From positions 2,645 to 66,644 of the forward strand of contig CAIRTR010000299.1 in the NCBI GenBank assembly GCA_903881565.1: DNA of 64,000 nt. Reading direction: 5' to 3'. The notes below the pieces were generated by a model. That model made no database searches, was not told the DNA's origin, and worked only from the letters and a program-made list of their open reading frames with translations. Position numbers and translations under genes: made by a program. This DNA comes from Oligoflexia bacterium (GTDB lineage Bacteria; Bdellovibrionota; UBA1018). The first letter of the stretch is position 1, and each line of letters begins with the position of its first letter. Below, one piece after another: positions 38,635 through 48,005 of the stretch.

Positions 38635-40254
38635 TTATGGCTTTTTTCGGATGGCACTAATGCCCCATAGCCCCGCAATCCCCAAGATCAAAGCCAGAGG
38701 CCCAAACCAATCGCCCCATTTGAGAATCAGGGTCGAAATCTTCGGCATGATCGGGATTTTCACGTTCAAAATCGTAGGAATAAATTTTTCAGTCTTCTCA
38801 ATGATCTCACCATCGGGCATCACCAGGGCCGAAATCCCGGTGTTCGTGCCCCTAAGTTGGGGGAGCCTCGTTTCTATGCTTCGAAAAGTCGTGAGCGCCA
38901 GGTGAAGCTCAGGCTCGCCACGCGCGCCAAACCAAGAGTCGTTTGTGATGTTGAGAATGAGTTGGCTTCCGTTTCTTGCGGCCGCCACGACATAGTTCGT
39001 GAACAGCGCTTCGTAGCAAATGATCGGTCCCACGTTAAGAACGGTCGACGTATTTAGTGTCACCGGCACGACCTCTGGCCCCACCCCTCGTCCGAAGTTT
39101 CCCACTTGCGGGAACGCCTCTTTGAGAAACGAGAAGGTCTCGGCACCCGGAATATATTCTCCAAAAAGCAGCAGGACGTTTTTGCGATAAATGCGAAGAT
39201 CCAGTTCGTCCGGAAATCCCGAGCGCGGTTGGGGAAAAAGGAAAAAGAAGGCATTATGATCCTTGTTATTGAAGCGATCATAGCCGCCAAAAAGCAGCGG
39301 TGTTTTTCGCTCTTTTACGAAGCTCTCCACGCGCTGATCGCGCGCCAATTCGTCGGCCGTTTGGGGGTGTTTGAAGTTTGAAGGGTACGCCGTTTCGGGC
39401 CAGATAAGCACTTGCGGTTTAGGCGTCAAAGCCAGTGCTTGATCGGAGAGTCCAATGTAGGTGTCCAATACTTTTTGGCCGGCACCTCGCACGCCTCGCT
39501 CGGAGGCGATCTTGTCAAAATCCCCGATATTGCCCTGAATGACGGCCGCCTGCACGAAGCGCTCAGGGTTGGCCTGAATGCCTTGGATCTCTTGCAGGCG
39601 ATGAACGCCGTAGGTTCCTAGAACGATGCCCAAAAGGATCGGCCCCAAAAGAGGAACGACGCGGGCGAGGCCCTTCGTCTGTTTCCAGGTTTTGAGGGTC
39701 CGGTAAAGTCCGTCGTTTATCCAAAAAATTAGAAACGTCAACAGCGGCGCGCCCCCGAGATCTGCACATTGTCTGAGCCATTTTTGCGCGTATTGGGAGT
39801 GCCCAAGCGTATCGACAAACAGTTTCGGAATCACCCAATCAACGCCCGTGTAAAGAAGGGAAATCAACACGGATAACAACGCTACCGGAATAACTCTGCC
39901 CGTGTGACCCGTGCGTTCCAGAAAAAATCTTCGCAGCACCGCGAAAGCCAAAAACTGTGGCTGCCCAATGAGTGAAAATCCTGCGAGTCCAACAATGGCC
40001 AGAATCCAGGGGAGATTGGCAAACTCTTGCAGCACAAAGGCCACCCAGTAAAAGCCGCCCAGACTCATGAAGATGCCCAGCCACATCGCCTGGGCCACGG
40101 TTTGTTTCCAGCTCTTGCAGCGGTCCAAGACAAAGAACCAAGGGATGAGGCTAATCCAAATAAGGGGGGTGAGATCCCAGGGCGGGAACGCAAAGACGAT
40201 CAGAGCTGCCGATAATAATGTTAAAGGGGCGGGGACCCAATCCTTTTGCTTCAC
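38635..40254 (-). CDS. lnt: Apolipoprotein N-acyltransferase
   Basis: QGNI, IWPETA, YRKNVLLLFGEYIP, ICYE, NITNDSWF, TNTGISA. Confidence 0.96.
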   Translation of the reverse strand: MKQKDWVPAPLTLLSAALIVFAFPPWDLTPLIWISLIPWFFVLDRCKSWKQTVAQAMWLGIFMSLGGFYWVAFVLQEFANLPWILAIVGLAGFSLIGQPQFLAFAVLRRFFLERTGHTGRVIPVALLSVLISLLYTGVDWVIPKLFVDTLGHSQYAQKWLRQCADLGGAPLLTFLIFWINDGLYRTLKTWKQTKGLARVVPLLGPILLGIVLGTYGVHRLQEIQGIQANPERFVQAAVIQGNIGDFDKIASERGVRGAGQKVLDTYIGLSDQALALTPKPQVLIWPETAYPSNFKHPQTADELARDQRVESFVKERKTPLLFGGYDRFNNKDHNAFFFLFPQPRSGFPDELDLRIYRKNVLLLFGEYIPGAETFSFLKEAFPQVGNFGRGVGPEVVPVTLNTSTVLNVGPIICYEALFTNYVVAAARNGSQLILNITNDSWFGARGEPELHLALTTFRSIETRLPQLRGTNTGISALVMPDGEIIEKTEKFIPTILNVKIPIMPKISTLILKWGDWFGPLALILGIAGLWGISAIRKKP

Positions 40255-40263
40255 GAACCTATC

Positions 40264-41388
40264 TTATTGCGGCTGACCTGGCTCGGAAAGCAGATTCAGC
40301 ATCGTGACGGGTTTTTGTGCCATCAGGCTGCCGGGTTTCGGCAGTTCAAGGGGGGTACTCAATGCCATGAGGGCTGAATAAGCGTTCACTCGGCCGCCGG
40401 AGGCCACTTTTTCAGATAAGCCGGGGAGCCTGTCGACTGACTTGAGAATGAGTTGCTTGAGCTGCTGGGGGGTGAGTGAAGGATTGTGAGCTAGGAGCAG
40501 GGCTGCGATTCCGGTGACAAACGCCGTGGCTTGAGACGTTCCCGTCATGAAGCCGTACCGTCCGCCAGGCAGTGTGCTGTAGATGTTCTCGCCAGGAGCC
40601 GCGACATCGACCGCTTTTTTGCCCCAATTGGAGGAGGGCAAAATCTGGTTATGGATGTCAGTTGCGGCCACAGAGATGATGTTGCTCAAGTGATATGCCG
40701 AAGGATAGTAGTAATTCTGGCTTAGGTCCGTGTTCTGGTGCTCGTTGCCGGCAGCGGCCACAAACAGAATTCCTTTGGCTTCAGCTTTTTTGATCGCGAG
40801 GTATTCGTCTTCGCTGAACTCGGGGCCACCGCCGCTATAGTTAATGATGCGAGCGCCGTGGTCCACGGCATACTCAATGGCTTTGATCGTGTTGCGCAGG
40901 TTTACGGGGCCGGTGTTGCCATCTGAATAATATTTCACAGACATGATTGAAACTTTTTTAGCGACTCCGCTGATGCCCACCTTTGTGTTAGTGACCGCGC
41001 CGATGATGCCCGCAACGTGAGTGCCGTGCCCATGGTCATCGCGAGGGTTTGCTTTGTCGACGACAAAGTTCCAGCCATAAACTGAGTTATTGGATTCGTT
41101 GGGATCATGCCAGACGTTCTGATTTAAGTCTTGGTGCGTCGAATCGATGCCGGTATCAATGACGGCAACGACGACGCCGCGGGAGCCCTCTTCGATTTTC
41201 CAGGCTTCAGGAGCATGAATGTGGGAAGGGGCTTCAGAGTTTGCCAAGCCCCAGTTTTTGAAACTGATGGCGGGAAGCTTTTGGGGAAGAACGGGTTTCT
41301 CAGTGTTCGGCAAACCAAACGCCGTGACCGTGGCAAGGCTGGTCAGGATGGCGACTAAGAAACCGACTTGTAGGGATGATCGTTGCAT
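40264..41388 (-). CDS. S8 subtilisin-like serine protease
   Basis: VAVIDTG, HGTHVAG, AAAGN, TGTSQAT; signal peptide; no obvious propeptide. Confidence 0.95.
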   Translation of the reverse strand: MQRSSLQVGFLVAILTSLATVTAFGLPNTEKPVLPQKLPAISFKNWGLANSEAPSHIHAPEAWKIEEGSRGVVVAVIDTGIDSTHQDLNQNVWHDPNESNNSVYGWNFVVDKANPRDDHGHGTHVAGIIGAVTNTKVGISGVAKKVSIMSVKYYSDGNTGPVNLRNTIKAIEYAVDHGARIINYSGGGPEFSEDEYLAIKKAEAKGILFVAAAGNEHQNTDLSQNYYYPSAYHLSNIISVAATDIHNQILPSSNWGKKAVDVAAPGENIYSTLPGGRYGFMTGTSQATAFVTGIAALLLAHNPSLTPQQLKQLILKSVDRLPGLSEKVASGGRVNAYSALMALSTPLELPKPGSLMAQKPVTMLNLLSEPGQPQ

Positions 41389-41415
41389 ACTTTTCTTCTC
41401 CACAGGCCAACACTC

Positions 41416-41431
41416 AGCAAGCTCCATGCCT
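41416..41431 (-). promoter_or_regulatory. sigma54 promoter
   Basis: AGGCATGGAGCTTGCT, GG-N10-GC. Confidence 0.55.
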
Positions 41432-41586
41432 CTGCGGGTCAAAAACGACACCTAAAAGAAGAATTGAAAAACACTGAAATTATAGGGGTTTGAAGAGCCC
41501 TGGTCTTCTGGGGCGTCAGCGATTAGGGTGATGCGCTGTCGAAAGATTAGACAGCTGCAAAGCAAATCAAGCGAATTACCAGAGAA

Positions 41587-42564
41587 TTAAGGAAAGCCAG
41601 GGAGCGGCTTTTTAAGGAGGCCCGCTTTCAAGAGCTCCCAAGCCAGCTCGTAGTCTGCCCCGTCCGTGTTAGTGAGTCCTAAGGAATCAATGATCGTTGG
41701 CGTAGCCGCAGGGTGCACCCCCGCAAGAATCACGAAACCCTTTTCGGCCCATAATTGCGAGATCGCCGCAGTGCCATCCGAATACTTTGCAATGATAGAA
41801 CCGCTGCCTGCCGAAGCAGTGACCGGCCCTCCGTACCAGAGGAGTTCTCGAGACGGTCGATTTGGAAATCGAGTCCGAGCCATGGTGTAGTGCAGCCCTT
41901 GGATCCCCATGTAGGTCGGCTGTTGAACGGGAAGGTTGAGGATCCCCAGCCCATACGAGGCTTCGCCTTCCGGCGTTGTTTCGGGCGACGCTGCTATCCA
42001 GGCACCTGCGCAAAATCCGAGATAGCTTACCGCCTTTTTTCGCACAGCTTCTCTTAGATTGAAGCGAGTAGCGGGGGTGAGTGCATCGGTGATCGTTTGC
42101 GAATCTCCTCCCGGGAAAATAATGAGGCCATAGGACGCGAGTTTCTCTTGCGTGAAGCCGTTGATTTCGGCTGCGTCTGTGACATGCGTGCGCACCTCTT
42201 GAAGCGAGAGAATGCTCCAAAGCGCTGAAGCTTCAGCGGTCCATGTGCCCGTGCCCGCGTAGATAAGAACCTCGGGAAAGACAATCGGAGCTTCGGGGGC
42301 ATCCGGTATACGAGGGGCTGAAAATGAAGGAACCGGGACCGGCGAAATCACGGCTAGCGGAGTCCCCCGGCTTCCAGCAATGGGAGGGGCGGGTTCCTCA
42401 TGGGTCGGAGGCGGAACGATCGGTGGAATTTCTGAATACACCGGCGGTGTTGCAGGTGGCGTGCTTTGTTGGGGGGGGGCGGGAACGCAGCCTCCCGCGG
42501 TGACAATCGTCGTAAGCAAAGCCGCGAACAAAACAAAGAATTTTAGAATACTCTCACGCACCAT
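41587..42564 (-). CDS. Lipoprotein with BPL_N-like class I glutamine amidotransferase domain
   Basis: Lipobox AGGC, Pro-rich linker, VLIYAGTG, IIFPGG, YLGFCAGAW (nucleophile elbow), GVHP. Confidence 0.78.
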   Translation of the reverse strand: MVRESILKFFVLFAALLTTIVTAGGCVPAPPQQSTPPATPPVYSEIPPIVPPPTHEEPAPPIAGSRGTPLAVISPVPVPSFSAPRIPDAPEAPIVFPEVLIYAGTGTWTAEASALWSILSLQEVRTHVTDAAEINGFTQEKLASYGLIIFPGGDSQTITDALTPATRFNLREAVRKKAVSYLGFCAGAWIAASPETTPEGEASYGLGILNLPVQQPTYMGIQGLHYTMARTRFPNRPSRELLWYGGPVTASAGSGSIIAKYSDGTAAISQLWAEKGFVILAGVHPAATPTIIDSLGLTNTDGADYELAWELLKAGLLKKPLPGFP

Positions 42565-42583
42565 AAAGCACCTCAAATCACCC

Positions 42584-43405
42584 CTATAGAATAAAACCTG
42601 TAATCCACGCGCCAACGCTCCACGAGTTCGCTCTGGCCGGAGAAAAGGGAGACCCATCACTTGCAGGACTCAGCGAAACAAAGGGTTCAATACTCAACGC
42701 GCTCATAGGTTTCCATACAAGTCCAGGCTCCAGGGCTAGGTCATTCTTCGAAGTCTGAACCCATCCCCAACTCTTGATATGGTTATAGTTGAGCGAGACG
42801 CGGGTTTGCAGCGAAACGCTGGAGCTAAGGGCGTAAGTGACCGAGGGTCGTACGTTTCCCATGACGTCAAACCAATAAAGATCCGTAGAATAGGGGTAAT
42901 AACGAACCCAGTGTTGAAGCCCAAGCCCCAAAGGGGAGGCGCCCAGGCGCGCGTGTAGAATCTGACAGGAGCCCGGCGAAACGCCCAGACCTACACTTCG
43001 CGAGGCCGACGTTAAGGGGGGCTCTAGATTCAGATTTGCCCAAATGCTCCACTCATCCGAGAGGTTCGCAAACGTCGAAAATCCAACTCGAGGGTTGCCT
43101 AAGCTCCATTGAGAATCGTGGGATTCGCCCGCATAGCTCAACGTGTTTTGCGTCTGGGCCTCAAGTTGAAAACTCTCGCTTAACCGAAAGCCTAGCGTGA
43201 TCAGGTTCCACATCGAGGACAGATCGGGGGTTCGAGCGGCCTGCACTTCACTGTAATAAATCACCCGAATGCTTTTCCCCTCATTTTGATAGGAGGTCTC
43301 CGCGCGGGCCGAGGTCAAAGGGGGCAGCGTTCCTAAGATTAGACCGAAGATTAGCCCGAAGATTAGCCCTAAACTTGGGTTGATGAATGCAAGGGCGCGG
43401 CTCAT
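42584..43405 (-). CDS. Outer-membrane beta-barrel protein
   Basis: Signal peptide ending ARA; amphipathic strands; aromatic C-terminal strand; ATGA overlap with the transporter gene. Confidence 0.6.
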   Translation of the reverse strand: MSRALAFINPSLGLIFGLIFGLILGTLPPLTSARAETSYQNEGKSIRVIYYSEVQAARTPDLSSMWNLITLGFRLSESFQLEAQTQNTLSYAGESHDSQWSLGNPRVGFSTFANLSDEWSIWANLNLEPPLTSASRSVGLGVSPGSCQILHARLGASPLGLGLQHWVRYYPYSTDLYWFDVMGNVRPSVTYALSSSVSLQTRVSLNYNHIKSWGWVQTSKNDLALEPGLVWKPMSALSIEPFVSLSPASDGSPFSPARANSWSVGAWITGFIL

Positions 43406-44373
43406 GCCACTTTTTCGCTTTCCTCAACTGTTGGCGCTTGAGGTTTTGAAAAATGAACGTTCTCAAATACCGCGACCTTCACCGGCGCAAGCGGGCGACG
43501 AAGATTCTCGCTGAGCCTTGGAGTCCTGCTTAGAATCGCAAGCCACACGGTTAAGACGTAAGGCAAGCTTAAGAGCGGTAAAATGGGCTGTCGCAGGAGC
43601 TGATTAAGCGCGAGCGTCACAAAAGATGAAAGAACGCAAAAGAGAATGATCGTCTTCCCACTAAAACGCTCATGAAAAGAAGACAAGCCCAGCCCCAGTA
43701 GCCCCGCTGAATAGGTGAGCAGCCCCTTGCTGAGGTCTGACGAATCGGTGATCAAAATCGAAGCGGCCCCAAGTGCCACGACTGTTCCTATTAGAAAGTA
43801 GATCGCTCGTCTAGGACTGAAAACAAAAAGCAGAGCGCAGATAAGTCCCCCAAACAGGGGACTGGGGAGGAAGAGCATGCGTCCCATACTCAGAAAAGGC
43901 GTTGCGATACCCAGCGGCTCAGGACCAAAGGGAGAAGTTCTTGGCGTGAGCCAGCTTTCGCCCGCACAAAGGGAAACCAGCCAGATCGCAAAAATGTAGG
44001 GAATGATGTAGGGACTTAATTTCCAATGTGACAGGATTTCGTAAAAGGCTTTTGTGACAAAGGGAACGCAAAGCGTTCCTCCGATCAAGAAAAAGAAAAA
44101 CGCAGGGGAGAAGTCATAGAGGCTCGCCAGAGCGATGCCGAAAAAGAAACAATTAATCGGAATTAATCCCGAAGCTTTCAACATCATGGGCGTTGAGGTG
44201 CGGGTTTGAGCCGCGTAACCTATGAGGGAGGCTCCCAGTCCGCAGTAAAACAGCGGGAGATCAAAAAGCGCAAAGCTTGCTATAAACAGGGCCCCGAAAA
44301 GTGCGCTTTCGAGGAACAAGCTTTGACTCATGTTGCGAAGATATTTTTTGCCGTGATCAAACAACTGTTTCAT
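43402..44373 (-). CDS. Urea transporter (UT) family membrane protein
   Basis: Internal duplication SQSLFL...GALF / GRMLFL...GGLI; GLIPIN, PYIIPY and LPLLSLPYVL resemble UT signatures; about 10 TM segments. Confidence 0.72.
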   Translation of the reverse strand: MKQLFDHGKKYLRNMSQSLFLESALFGALFIASFALFDLPLFYCGLGASLIGYAAQTRTSTPMMLKASGLIPINCFFFGIALASLYDFSPAFFFFLIGGTLCVPFVTKAFYEILSHWKLSPYIIPYIFAIWLVSLCAGESWLTPRTSPFGPEPLGIATPFLSMGRMLFLPSPLFGGLICALLFVFSPRRAIYFLIGTVVALGAASILITDSSDLSKGLLTYSAGLLGLGLSSFHERFSGKTIILFCVLSSFVTLALNQLLRQPILPLLSLPYVLTVWLAILSRTPRLSENLRRPLAPVKVAVFENVHFSKPQAPTVEESEKVA

Positions 44374-45032
44374 AGGTCAATCCATTCTCCATAGCTAAAG
44401 ATTTTGTCGCCCCAGTGCAGAAGTCGTGGGCACTCTGTTCGCAAAGCAAGAAGCGCTCCGAAACCGGTTTCTTGATCCGGCGTAAACCAGTTGCCCCAGG
44501 TGGAGTCGTAGAATTTTGCTTGGTTACCCTCCATCTCGAGGACGCATAGTTCGTGATAAACAACTTCGTTTCCGATCCAGGGAAAAGTCGCATGGGTCTT
44601 TTCCTTTTTTTGGTCCTTTAAGGGTTCTGGTAGCGGGTTTTTTGGGGGCTTTTTCCAAAGCCCTTTCCAATGCGTGGTGCAAGTCGGATTGAAACTCAGC
44701 AAAGCTTGCGCGGGATGGGCTTCGAACCCTTGTGCAGTAAAGGCCTCGCGCGCCAGAGCCGCAAAAACGCCGCAGTCGAGGGTTTTCATTTTGACAAGTT
44801 CGCACCATGCAATCGGCCATGCTGAGGGGCCCCAAGTGAAGAGTTGTGAGAGCCACGTCGGCGCTCTCAGCTCATAGCGCGAGAGCGCGGAGATCTGCAT
44901 GGAGCGGGCGTAACCTAAAAACCACATCCGTGCCTCTTCACAACAACGAGCGTCGTGGTGGACAATGTGAGAGGCGGGATGCTCAACCCAGGCTTGAAAT
45001 GAGGATTCTTTTTTAACCACGTCCAAAGCCAT
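44370..45032 (-). CDS. Transglutaminase-like (papain-fold) protein
   Basis: LDCGVFAALA (Cys helix), YHELCV (His), FYDST (Asp) in transglutaminase-like order. Confidence 0.62.
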   Translation of the reverse strand: MALDVVKKESSFQAWVEHPASHIVHHDARCCEEARMWFLGYARSMQISALSRYELRAPTWLSQLFTWGPSAWPIAWCELVKMKTLDCGVFAALAREAFTAQGFEAHPAQALLSFNPTCTTHWKGLWKKPPKNPLPEPLKDQKKEKTHATFPWIGNEVVYHELCVLEMEGNQAKFYDSTWGNWFTPDQETGFGALLALRTECPRLLHWGDKIFSYGEWIDL

Positions 45033-47391
45033 AACTCATGCTCCTTTCGTAACCGCCTGCATCCCCGAAAATCACCAAGTCGCCGATTTGCACGTCAGGG
45101 GGGATGCTGATGTTTTGTCCCAGAATGTCGTCTTCCATACAAATGCGTCCCAGGATCCGCGCTTTTCCCGGTTGGGCCAAAGCGAACGTTTTTCTTTGCG
45201 GGACGTGTGCCACTCCCAGTGGCACACGTGCCACCTCGGATGGCACACGTCCCGCTTCTTGGAAAAAGATTCGGTGAGGAAACGCCTGGGCCAAGGGAAG
45301 TTCGGCGATGCAGGCGTCGACCACGATTTCCTTGATGACTTCGGTGTCGGATTCGGCGCGAGCTTCAGACGAATTGGCTTTGGTATTTTTGTTTTTCCGG
45401 ATGTCTAGAATTCGTGTGAAGAGGATTTCGCTCTCCTGGGTCAGGGAACGCCCCGGCTCCAGATACAAAGTCTTGACTTGGGGCAGCTGCGAATGAACCC
45501 GTTCGCCCAGCGCGGCGAGGTTGAGTTTTTCAAGATCCTCCGGAAAATATCCTCCGCCTAGATCGATCGTATGCACCGGCAGGTCGCAGAGCTGTTCAAG
45601 GCCTTTGCACCAGTAGAGGAAACTCTCGAGCGCTTCAATCCAACGTTTGAGTCCGATGGACCAGCTGGGCATGTGAAAATGAAAGGCAAGGCCGGGCTGG
45701 CGCTTGATTCTTTTCAAATCCTGGAGTGCAGACAAGAGACCTTCAAAGTCTTGATAGTTGGAGAGCGTGTTTCCAAATCGGGAGTGAATCTGGGGCAGCT
45801 GAATCCGGAGGCCCAGGGTCTTGGGTTGCTCTTTAGCCTTGAGCACTCGGCTAAATTCTTCTAAAGAGTCGCAAAACAGGAGTTGAACGCCGGTGATGGG
45901 ATTGTCGGTGAGAGGCCAGAATTTTCCGGGTCCGTTGAGAATGATCTGGTGAGGGGCGAAGCCAAAGTTCAACGCCCGCTGAACTTCTTTTTGGGTGATA
46001 CACTCAGCATAAAAGCCGCAATTCTTAGCCGCCTGCAGGTGATGATCGGTTGGACTAGTCTTTACGCTATAGCCAATTTGAATGCGAGGCTTTCCGGTTG
46101 CACAATAGGTTTGTACCTTCTGGTGAAGGGTCTCGAATATCTGTTGAGTCCATAGCGGGAGGGAGATTCGGCTTGGGGTTTCTTCGGAGAAAAACAGGGC
46201 AATGCTTGAGATTTCGGCAGCCAAGTTCGCAGGAGGAAGGGGGAGCAGCGGCACGACTTCGCTTGTGGATTGCTCTTCTAAATTTGGGAGAAGCGCTGAA
46301 AACGACGGTCCCCCTTTGCCGTGCTTTCCATCAGTGGCCCAGGTGAAGGTACTGGGATCTTTCGGGCGCGGCAGGCCCACGGCGTCTTTAGTCGGGATTT
46401 CGTAAACCACCCGTGTGAAGGTGGCCGAAGGTTTAATGGCTTCAAGCAGCGGCAGTTTCCAAAGATGCGAGATGAGTTTGCCGGGGAGGTTTGCCCCCAT
46501 TAGGGCCGAGCCATAGATCCAGGCTGGAAAACGCGGATTGCATTCGATGATCCACTTTCGGCCATCGGGGTCGCGTACGAATTCAAGCTCGCCGCCGCCC
46601 GTCCAGCCGAGTTGCTGCACCATTTGTCCCAGGTTTTGAGACATCGATTCGTCCAAAGGTTTGACCCGGCCCGCCCAGGTTTTTCCTTCCGGCGTGAGCT
46701 GTAGTTTTTCCAGATGGACCGCCCCGAGCAATTGGCCCTGATGGGCGGCGAAACTGATGGTCTCCTCATTGCCAATCACGTTGCGCTGTAGAAAAAGATT
46801 GGAGGTTTTCCAGTTGGATTTGAGATAGGCCCGCGCGCGCTCGAATACGCTCCAAGAGGAGATGCGAAGAGCGTCGTGATAAGGGCTTTTCAGCCAGCAC
46901 TGCCAGCAATGGGTGCGAAGGAACGAATGGATTTCGGCGTCCGGCAGATTGGCTGAAATATAGTCCGGGACTTGAAACTCAGCGAACTCGCCTGCTGCGC
47001 TTGAACTCACAGGCCAGTTTTCCAGAATTTTTACTGCGGGCTTGGCCGTGAATTCGAGTGCTTCTTTGTTGGGAGCCAGCAAATGAGGGTGGGTGCCAAA
47101 ATGTTTCGAAAGCCAGTAGACCTCCATATCAAGGGCGGCAATCCACAAGTGTCCTTCTTCTAAACGAGCTCGAATGAAGGCTGCATGTTCGTCATCCTGA
47201 ATTTGGCTCCACTGCGGGAGCAATAATTCTTCGTTGATGATTGAATCGTGTAACCCCGAACTCCCGTGCGTATGATCGACTCCGACCAGGGTCACGTCCG
47301 GAAACGCTCTTCGTAAACAGCGGGCGATGCCCAAACCTGAACTTGGATTTTGTCCCGAATGCATGCCGGTGATATAGATTTTCTTTTTCAT
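45013..47391 (-). CDS. Fusion of CPSase-like ATP-grasp ligase and fold-III PLP (Orn/DAP/Arg) decarboxylase
   Basis: N-terminal half: GLGIARCLR, WLKSP, GGGELEF, IIECNPRFPAW. C-terminal half: YSVKT (PLP Lys), LNGPGK, SRFG, FHFH, IDLGGG, EPGRSL, GRICMEDD, DAGGY. Confidence 0.85.
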   Translation of the reverse strand: MKKKIYITGMHSGQNPSSGLGIARCLRRAFPDVTLVGVDHTHGSSGLHDSIINEELLLPQWSQIQDDEHAAFIRARLEEGHLWIAALDMEVYWLSKHFGTHPHLLAPNKEALEFTAKPAVKILENWPVSSSAAGEFAEFQVPDYISANLPDAEIHSFLRTHCWQCWLKSPYHDALRISSWSVFERARAYLKSNWKTSNLFLQRNVIGNEETISFAAHQGQLLGAVHLEKLQLTPEGKTWAGRVKPLDESMSQNLGQMVQQLGWTGGGELEFVRDPDGRKWIIECNPRFPAWIYGSALMGANLPGKLISHLWKLPLLEAIKPSATFTRVVYEIPTKDAVGLPRPKDPSTFTWATDGKHGKGGPSFSALLPNLEEQSTSEVVPLLPLPPANLAAEISSIALFFSEETPSRISLPLWTQQIFETLHQKVQTYCATGKPRIQIGYSVKTSPTDHHLQAAKNCGFYAECITQKEVQRALNFGFAPHQIILNGPGKFWPLTDNPITGVQLLFCDSLEEFSRVLKAKEQPKTLGLRIQLPQIHSRFGNTLSNYQDFEGLLSALQDLKRIKRQPGLAFHFHMPSWSIGLKRWIEALESFLYWCKGLEQLCDLPVHTIDLGGGYFPEDLEKLNLAALGERVHSQLPQVKTLYLEPGRSLTQESEILFTRILDIRKNKNTKANSSEARAESDTEVIKEIVVDACIAELPLAQAFPHRIFFQEAGRVPSEVARVPLGVAHVPQRKTFALAQPGKARILGRICMEDDILGQNISIPPDVQIGDLVIFGDAGGYERSMSYGFGRG
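45198..45255. repeat. Nested palindrome inside a coding sequence
   Basis: gcgggacgtgtgcca...tggcacacgtcccgc is a perfect 15-bp IR with an internal tggcacacgtgcca unit. Confidence 0.85.
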
Positions 47392-47546
47392 GCGAGTTCC
47401 TTTTTTTGAGCGCAGTTCTTGGATATGCTGATCCAGTGTTTCTCACGAAAGAGGCTTAAAAGGAGTTGTTTTTTAATAAATCGACCGCCGCAGTTGGTAG
47501 AAGCGCAGCGCGAATTGCGAGGGGTTGCAAAAACCAGGAGAGAGTT

Positions 47547-48005
47547 ATGCAGAATGCAATTGAGTTACAGGACGCAATCCCTCAGGAGCACCCTCTGGGG
47601 TGTGCGGTCGCATGTGTCGCGTATCGGCGGGGTGTGAGTTACGAAGACGCCCACTCATTATTTGTCACTCCCGAGAATGCCTGGGGGCGTGGGTATTATT
47701 GTGCGGAGGTGGTAGCGGCACTAAATAAAAAAAGCAGGCTTGAATATGTTTTTTCGAAAGCGGATGTCTTGAAAAAATCGGAACTCAAGAAAATCCTGCT
47801 CACCGAGGGCACGCTGGTTTTTGTGGGGAGCTGCTCCCGCTATCCTTTGGGGCATTATTTAGTGAGAGCGACGGAAAAGGCAAAACACAGAGCCCAGTGG
47901 ATGAATCCCTGGATCAATGCGCCTCGAATGATCCCGGTGCAATCGGGGTTTGAGTCAAAGCTCCCGGGCCCTGTCGAATATGTTATGTGGGAGCCGGTTC
48001 TTTAG
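47547..48005 (+). CDS. C39-like cysteine peptidase homolog
   Basis: PQEHPLGCAVACVA (Q-x5-C), GHYLV, WMNPW; RBS aggaga. Confidence 0.6.
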   Translation: MQNAIELQDAIPQEHPLGCAVACVAYRRGVSYEDAHSLFVTPENAWGRGYYCAEVVAALNKKSRLEYVFSKADVLKKSELKKILLTEGTLVFVGSCSRYPLGHYLVRATEKAKHRAQWMNPWINAPRMIPVQSGFESKLPGPVEYVMWEPVL

